Assembly (NCBI GenBank): GCA_002269645.1
Contig: NIVC01000646.1
Span: 1 to 64,000 of the forward strand
Direction: 5' to 3'
DNA length: 64,000 bases
Source of the DNA: Macrostomum lignano
Lineage: Eukaryota
Made by a program: the position numbers and the translations under genes. The notes under the pieces are model-generated. The model made no database searches. It worked only from the letters and a program-made list of their open reading frames with translations, and had not been told where the DNA came from. Positions 58,925 through 64,000 of the stretch are shown here, piece by piece (within the stretch, counting starts at the first letter, position 1; each line of letters starts with the position of its first letter).

Positions 58925-61294
58925 TCACTGGCGCAGACAGCGGCAGGTGATGCCGCCCAGGATCAGAGTGATGACAACGACGACGCCCGCGCCAACGTAG
59001 GCCACTGCCAGTCGGGCTTCCCGGACCGATCGGCGTTTCTTGAGCTCAGCCTCGGCGTCCGAGCGCTTGCAGATTGACACGAAGCTGTGCGGTCGCCGGC
59101 GACGCCAGGCGAAATGTCGCTGGGCCTCGTCAAACTCCAGCACACGCAGCTGGTAGCCCTCAGGACACGCCATCAGCGGGTTCAGGCACCGAATGACTGC
59201 CTGCTCGCTGTCGGACTCCCCATCGCGCTCGTCAGGCTCCATCACCTTGGAGCAGTAGCTGCAGCCGCCCGGCCCGACCGCGGACAAGTTGCCGGAGCAG
59301 GTGGGCTCCTGGCCGAAGCCGATAGCCGGAGTGCAGGCGTCTGGGCAGGGTCGGCAGACGCGATCCGCGTCGGCGAACTGACGGATGTTCGAGCAAGCCG
59401 GCACGCAGGCGCCGGTGTCGGCCTCGGCAAAGGCCTCCAGGGCGCATTTGGTGCAGTCCTGCTGGCTGTTGCCAGTGCAGCTGCTGCACAGCGGGTGACA
59501 GCGGCTGCAGAGGCTCTCGTTCACCTGCAGGCCGACCGCCTCAACTTTGCCAGCGTTGTACCAGCCGTCGATGCCGTCGCAGTCGGACACGCAGATTCCG
59601 CGGCCGCCGGACCCGTCGATTGGCAGTCGGTGACGCCGGCAGCGGATGCACAGGTCAGGCCCGGGACCCCAGCAGCCGTAGGCGGGGTCGCACTCCGGGT
59701 GACAGCTCTGACAGTCGGCGGTCAGGCTGTTCTTCCGGACAGCGTCAAACTGGGCGCTGGTCTCATTAGGATTCAGCAGCGTTACTAGTCGGTCGTCGAA
59801 AGCGCGCCTGGTTGGCAGGAGGCTTGGACAGAGAGGAGGCTTCGGCTGGGCCAGTAAAAAGCTGGCCAGGTGCTTCAGCGAGGCCAGCCCGAGGAAGCGC
59901 AGGCTGGACGAGCGCACGAGCATGTAGCCGTCATTGGGGTGGCCCGGCCGTTTGTCAATCCGGCGGAGGCCGCTTAGGAACGACATGTTCGTCCGGTTGT
60001 TCAGCACGACGGTGATGCTGCCCCGGATGACGGCTAGGCGGCTGAGGTAGAAGTACAGCTCGTCCAGGGCCAGCGGCCGGAGCCCGGGCCTGGGTTGGTA
60101 TGACTTCTGGACGTCAGTCGCGATGCAGTCGTCAAAGATTGACAGTTCGCCAGTGTAGTGCGAGCAGAGCAGGCTGGAGTTGCGGCCGCCGGCCAGCAGC
60201 GGGTTGGCCAAGTCGCATACAATGGCCGAACCTTTCCGCTGCTCGCAGGCCCGGCCGGCCTCGTTCGTCTCGCAGACGCCGTCGCTGGTTGGCGCGAAGC
60301 CCTCGGAGCAGCGGCTGACGCAGGCGCCCTCCTGAGTGAAATACGTCTTCGGGCACCTGGCGACGCAAACTGGGCCAAGCGGGATGAGGCCGCTGGACTC
60401 CGTCGACTTAATGAAGGATGCGCTGCTCGAGTCGTACACGGCGCTTGGGTTGCAGGCGCCGACGCAGACGCCCGACTTGTTGAAGCTAGCGCAGGCGATG
60501 CAGTGGCTGGCGGCGGTTCCGTGACAGCCGCCGAGGCACTGCTCGGCACAGCAGCGCTCGGGCATTGTCATCGAGTCCTGGCCGTCCAGGTAGCAGCGGC
60601 CTCCGGGGCACTGCTTGGCGGTCAGTGTGGAACAGCGACTGCGCTCCTGGCAGTGGTCTGGCCCGGGGCCCCAGCAGTGGCGATGGCCGTCCCGCCACAC
60701 CGGACAGTCCGAGTGGCAGCCGCTGGGACCGGAGCACTTCGGCTGGACAATCAGGCGCTGCCTGTCGGGGTTCTGGAATAGCTCGGTGTAGTTGATGTCA
60801 CGAACCAGGTGACAGGACCGCAGTCCAACCGCCGTGACGCCGCCGTTTGCGATGAATACCAGGCGGCTGAAGACAGCGTCGGGTTGCATGCGGCACTCGC
60901 TGAGGTACTGGATAGTGACAGCGCTGTCGCAGTTGGCGCCGCGGATGATTCGAAGCCCGCGGAAGATGATGGGAACTCTGAAGCAGCTGTTCACAATCCA
61001 GACGCAGCCGGTGACCTCCTGGATGGAGTCGAGAAACGCCAGGCTAAAGTTGGCGCTGCTTTTTTGGAAGTCTTTCTCCCGGATGTTCATAATGTGCAAA
61101 TCGCCTATCACAATCTGGCAGCCGCTCAACTGGCTGCGGATGGAGTTCAAGATCTGCACGGAGCTGCTTCTGGTGAACTCAGACTGATGCGTGCCCTGGC
61201 AGACGGCTGGAGTCGAGTTCAGGTTGGCCGTGGCGTCCAAGGTGAGGCTGGATAGCAGGATGAGGCAGCCCAGGAACGCCGAGGTTAAGCTCAT
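58925..61294 (-). CDS. EGFR: EGFR/ErbB-family receptor: signal peptide, L1-furin-L2-furin ectodomain and TM helix, ending in TGA
   Basis: Signal peptide MSLTSAFLGCLILLSSLTLDA; VCQGT, FLDSIQEVTG, CWGPGPDHCQ, CHPECDPAYGCWGPGPDLC; TM LAVAYVGAGVVVVITLILGGITC. Confidence 0.93.
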   Translation of the reverse strand: MSLTSAFLGCLILLSSLTLDATANLNSTPAVCQGTHQSEFTRSSSVQILNSIRSQLSGCQIVIGDLHIMNIREKDFQKSSANFSLAFLDSIQEVTGCVWIVNSCFRVPIIFRGLRIIRGANCDSAVTIQYLSECRMQPDAVFSRLVFIANGGVTAVGLRSCHLVRDINYTELFQNPDRQRLIVQPKCSGPSGCHSDCPVWRDGHRHCWGPGPDHCQERSRCSTLTAKQCPGGRCYLDGQDSMTMPERCCAEQCLGGCHGTAASHCIACASFNKSGVCVGACNPSAVYDSSSASFIKSTESSGLIPLGPVCVARCPKTYFTQEGACVSRCSEGFAPTSDGVCETNEAGRACEQRKGSAIVCDLANPLLAGGRNSSLLCSHYTGELSIFDDCIATDVQKSYQPRPGLRPLALDELYFYLSRLAVIRGSITVVLNNRTNMSFLSGLRRIDKRPGHPNDGYMLVRSSSLRFLGLASLKHLASFLLAQPKPPLCPSLLPTRRAFDDRLVTLLNPNETSAQFDAVRKNSLTADCQSCHPECDPAYGCWGPGPDLCIRCRRHRLPIDGSGGRGICVSDCDGIDGWYNAGKVEAVGLQVNESLCSRCHPLCSSCTGNSQQDCTKCALEAFAEADTGACVPACSNIRQFADADRVCRPCPDACTPAIGFGQEPTCSGNLSAVGPGGCSYCSKVMEPDERDGESDSEQAVIRCLNPLMACPEGYQLRVLEFDEAQRHFAWRRRRPHSFVSICKRSDAEAELKKRRSVREARLAVAYVGAGVVVVITLILGGITCRCLRQ

Positions 61295-61780
61295 GATTTA
61301 GCGGCGATCACGGCGGTCTTCTAAGCCAGCACAAGATCACTTTCTTCGTTCGAGATAGGATTCACAGCAAATTCAAAGCACCGATGCCTTTTATTGCGCT
61401 AGCAAGAGGAGGGGACGACTGGGGAGAGAGGAGGTGGGCTGCCCTGTACGCATGAACCAGAGCCTTGGAGTGACAGCTCTTTTTTCAGACAACTAAGTTT
61501 CTTTTCAAGTTTCAGATCAGAGAAGGAACTGTTGCGACTCCAGAATCTGTTCCTGGGCCTCCATGACTGTACATTGCCGAATTCGGAGATCGGGATTCAA
61601 GCAGATGGGGGAGGGGGTGAATCAGCGAATGAGCGGCCGGGACTCTTGGGGAGGGGGGTTGACTTGCGGTGAAGAAAGAGGGCCCCTCACCCCCCCCCCT
61701 CACGGAACAAGCAAGACGCGAACTGAAGTGAAACACTGTGAAAGACCTGGAGTTCATGAATTTTCACACGGGTCCAGTGA

Positions 61781-64000
61781 CCTTGACTTACTTGACTTAG
61801 CTGCAGGGCTGTCCCGGAGGGGACACAGCGGGAAGGCGCGGGCGCCCATTCCGCTAGTCCCTGAACGGCCGACGCGTCGCTATGGACGGAGGGTTGGCGC
61901 CGCCCAGGGAGGTCCCCCAGTGTCGCCAGCAGCTATGGTGCTCTCTGGAAAGGAGAGTTCAGCCCTGCGGGTGGCCCGAAGGTAGCGCATGAGCTGATTA
62001 AAGTTTTCGGGTTTGCACGCTTCAGTAATAGATGTGTGTGGCCCGAGGTAAGTGAGTCTGGCCCGCGTGAAGGCGGGACAGATGCTGACGAAATGCTCAG
62101 CGGTTTCGTCACCTGAGTTGCAGAAACTACAGGTGGCGTTGGTGGCGTTGCCCTGCAGGTACTGGTGCCTGGAGAAGCAGCCGTGACCAGAGAGGGTCAT
62201 GGTGGCAGCCCGGATGTCTCTGCGCGAGAGGCGCAAGAGGAGCTTCCGGAGCTGGTGAGAGGGCTGAGGGACAGCGCCTCTGGATTGCCTGCAGTTCGTG
62301 CGGTTCGCCCAAGTCGAGCGGTGCTGAGTCCTGATCCACGCTTTGATGCGCGAGTCGATGACACAGCCAGGGATCGGGACAAGAGGTTCGGGGCCGAGAG
62401 AGGAGCCGGAGGCACCAACTTTTGCAAGGGTGTCAGCCAACTCATTTCCTCGGATCCCCACATGCCCCGGAACCCACTTAAGGGTAATTTTGTTGGCGGA
62501 ACCCAACACATTGAGGAGTTTGATACAGTCAAGGACTGTAGCAGAGTTGGTGCTGCAGCCACTGATGGCGTGCAAGGCAGCTTGGCTGTCCGAATGGAAA
62601 ATGATGTTCTTACCAGTAACGCCAGTGGCGAGAAGCTCTGCAGTGCAGGAGCTGATGGCCAGAACTTCATTTTGGAAAACACTGGAGTTGACCCCAGTGT
62701 ATTGAGCGTGGGTAGCGATGACCCTCCCGTTCAGAAAGATTCCAACACCAAAGCCGGTGTTGGCTGACTGCTTAGAACCGTCGGTGTAGCAATGAAGCTC
62801 ACCAGGGTTCCAATGGTCATTGATGTTATCGCGCGAGTCGATAGCTACGGAGTAGCGCTGTCTCAGGTTGAGCGTTGAGGCAATGCCATCGGTGAAGACG
62901 CGATTGGCCTGACACTCGTTGAGAAAGTTGAGGCACAGATCGCTATGCGGGACAAGGTTCCGCTTAGCAGGTGCTCTCATGTAAATGAATTTGACGCCGG
63001 CATCAATTAGACGCCGCGTCGTTCTAGCCGCCTCACCCCTGATGAAGAGGTCAAGAGGCGGAAGATTAAGAAAGGCCCCCATGCCAGCAAAGGGCGTGGA
63101 CCTGGTGGCGTTGCAGATGAGCCTACACGCTCTGCCTTGGATCGTGTTGAGCAGGTCTGCATGGCTTTTGACCTGGGTAGCGCTAACCCAGACAACAGAG
63201 GCGTACGTAATGGCAGGTCTAACTACGGAAGTATAGATCCACCAAAGCCGCTTTGGGGATAGACCCCAAGAAGTGCCAAGTGCTCGTCGGAGCTGGGCCA
63301 GGATGGCTGAGGCACGCTTAGCTTTTGCTTTCACGTGGAAGGACCAGTTGAGCCGGTGGTCAAGTGTGACCCCGAGACATCTGGTCTGGTGCGCGAAGGC
63401 AATATCTCTGCCGTAGAGCTGCAGAGGACGTATGTTCCAGCGTAGTCTGCTGGTAAACATAATGGCAACGGTTTTGGGCTCAGAGAGTTCCAAACCATTG
63501 TCATTGGCCCAGGATTCTGCTTTGCGGATAAAGCTCTGCATCAGATCCCTGAGCGTGCTGGGAGACGGTCCTGCCACAATGGCCGTGACGTCATCAGCAT
63601 ATCCGACTTTGAAGACGGGGTCAGGTCGGGAGTCACTCAGAAGAGCGTCCATGACCAGGTTCCAGAGCGTCGGGGTGAGGACTCCGCCTTGGGGTCCACC
63701 CTTACAGACTCTGGTGGAGGCAGTTTGCCCAAGAAGTTGGGCAGTGACCGTACGGTTGGAGATCATGTACATGATCCACCGTATGAGGGTAGCATGAGCT
63801 TTGCGATTTTGAAGGGCCCTCTGAAACGCTTCAAAGATAACGTTGTCGAAGGCGCCAACAATGTCAAGAAAGAGAGCCAGGGCGTAACCGTCACCCAGTA
63901 CCGCCCGTTCAATCTTTTCGACAATCGCATGCAGGGCGCTGTCAGTCGACCTCCCGGTACGGAAGGCGTGCTGATTATTGCTGAGGGGCATCGCTGTCAG
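61781..64000 (-). mobile_element. Non-LTR retrotransposon, LOA/Lian-like (RT + RNase H); 5' part beyond the window
   Basis: Intact ORF, short GC-rich 3' UTR and ctaagtcaagtaagtcaagg tail. The clade call is from motif style and is an inference. Confidence 0.88.
61880..64000 (-). CDS. Reverse transcriptase-RNase H ORF (partial, at least 706 uninterrupted codons)
   Basis: QHAFRTGRST, FLDIVGAFD, PQGGVLTPTLWN, YADD, LGVTLD; RNase H YTDGSK, SDSQAAL, WVPGHVGIRGNELAD; C-terminal CSFC..ETAEHFVSIC. Confidence 0.95.
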   Translation of the reverse strand: MTAMPLSNNQHAFRTGRSTDSALHAIVEKIERAVLGDGYALALFLDIVGAFDNVIFEAFQRALQNRKAHATLIRWIMYMISNRTVTAQLLGQTASTRVCKGGPQGGVLTPTLWNLVMDALLSDSRPDPVFKVGYADDVTAIVAGPSPSTLRDLMQSFIRKAESWANDNGLELSEPKTVAIMFTSRLRWNIRPLQLYGRDIAFAHQTRCLGVTLDHRLNWSFHVKAKAKRASAILAQLRRALGTSWGLSPKRLWWIYTSVVRPAITYASVVWVSATQVKSHADLLNTIQGRACRLICNATRSTPFAGMGAFLNLPPLDLFIRGEAARTTRRLIDAGVKFIYMRAPAKRNLVPHSDLCLNFLNECQANRVFTDGIASTLNLRQRYSVAIDSRDNINDHWNPGELHCYTDGSKQSANTGFGVGIFLNGRVIATHAQYTGVNSSVFQNEVLAISSCTAELLATGVTGKNIIFHSDSQAALHAISGCSTNSATVLDCIKLLNVLGSANKITLKWVPGHVGIRGNELADTLAKVGASGSSLGPEPLVPIPGCVIDSRIKAWIRTQHRSTWANRTNCRQSRGAVPQPSHQLRKLLLRLSRRDIRAATMTLSGHGCFSRHQYLQGNATNATCSFCNSGDETAEHFVSICPAFTRARLTYLGPHTSITEACKPENFNQLMRYLRATRRAELSFPESTIAAGDTGGPPWAAPTLRP

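Noticed and set aside
61800-61930. HDV-like ribozyme in the LINE 3' UTR (gcggaatggg resembles the HDV J4/2-P2 end)
   Set aside because: P3 and P1 pairings could not be built, and such ribozymes are normally at the 5' end of LINEs.

Overview
Eukaryotic genomic DNA with GC-rich exons and spliceosomal GT-AG introns. The style (Ala-rich proteins, minisatellite-filled introns) most resembles a free-living flatworm such as Macrostomum; the taxon is an inference. Five host genes can be reconstructed: a TMEM26-like gene (minus strand, 3 exons, frame-disrupted, runs off the left edge); SPTLC2 (minus, 5 exons, about 529 aa); TIMM44 (plus, 5 exons, about 412 aa); a dystrophin-like gene (minus, spectrin repeats, ZZ and coiled coils, apparently lacking WW/EF-hand); and an intronless EGFR/ErbB-family receptor (minus) whose ~1330-codon frame is broken by one in-frame TGA just after the transmembrane helix. 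Mobile elements: a decayed Ty3/Gypsy (Mag-like) LTR element with abnormal boundaries inside a triplicated 1.2-1.4 kb composite repeat, a tRNA-derived SINE with a CORE/Meta-like domain, three MITEs, and an intact RT-RNase H non-LTR retrotransposon (LOA/Lian-like) running off the right edge. About a third of the window (~21 kb by my rough sum) is ~30 different tandem arrays, mostly one per intron and often touching splice sites, while the 9 kb AT-rich divergent intergenic region has none. Most long ORFs in the ORF track are translations of these repeats. All assignments were made by eye, without database searches.
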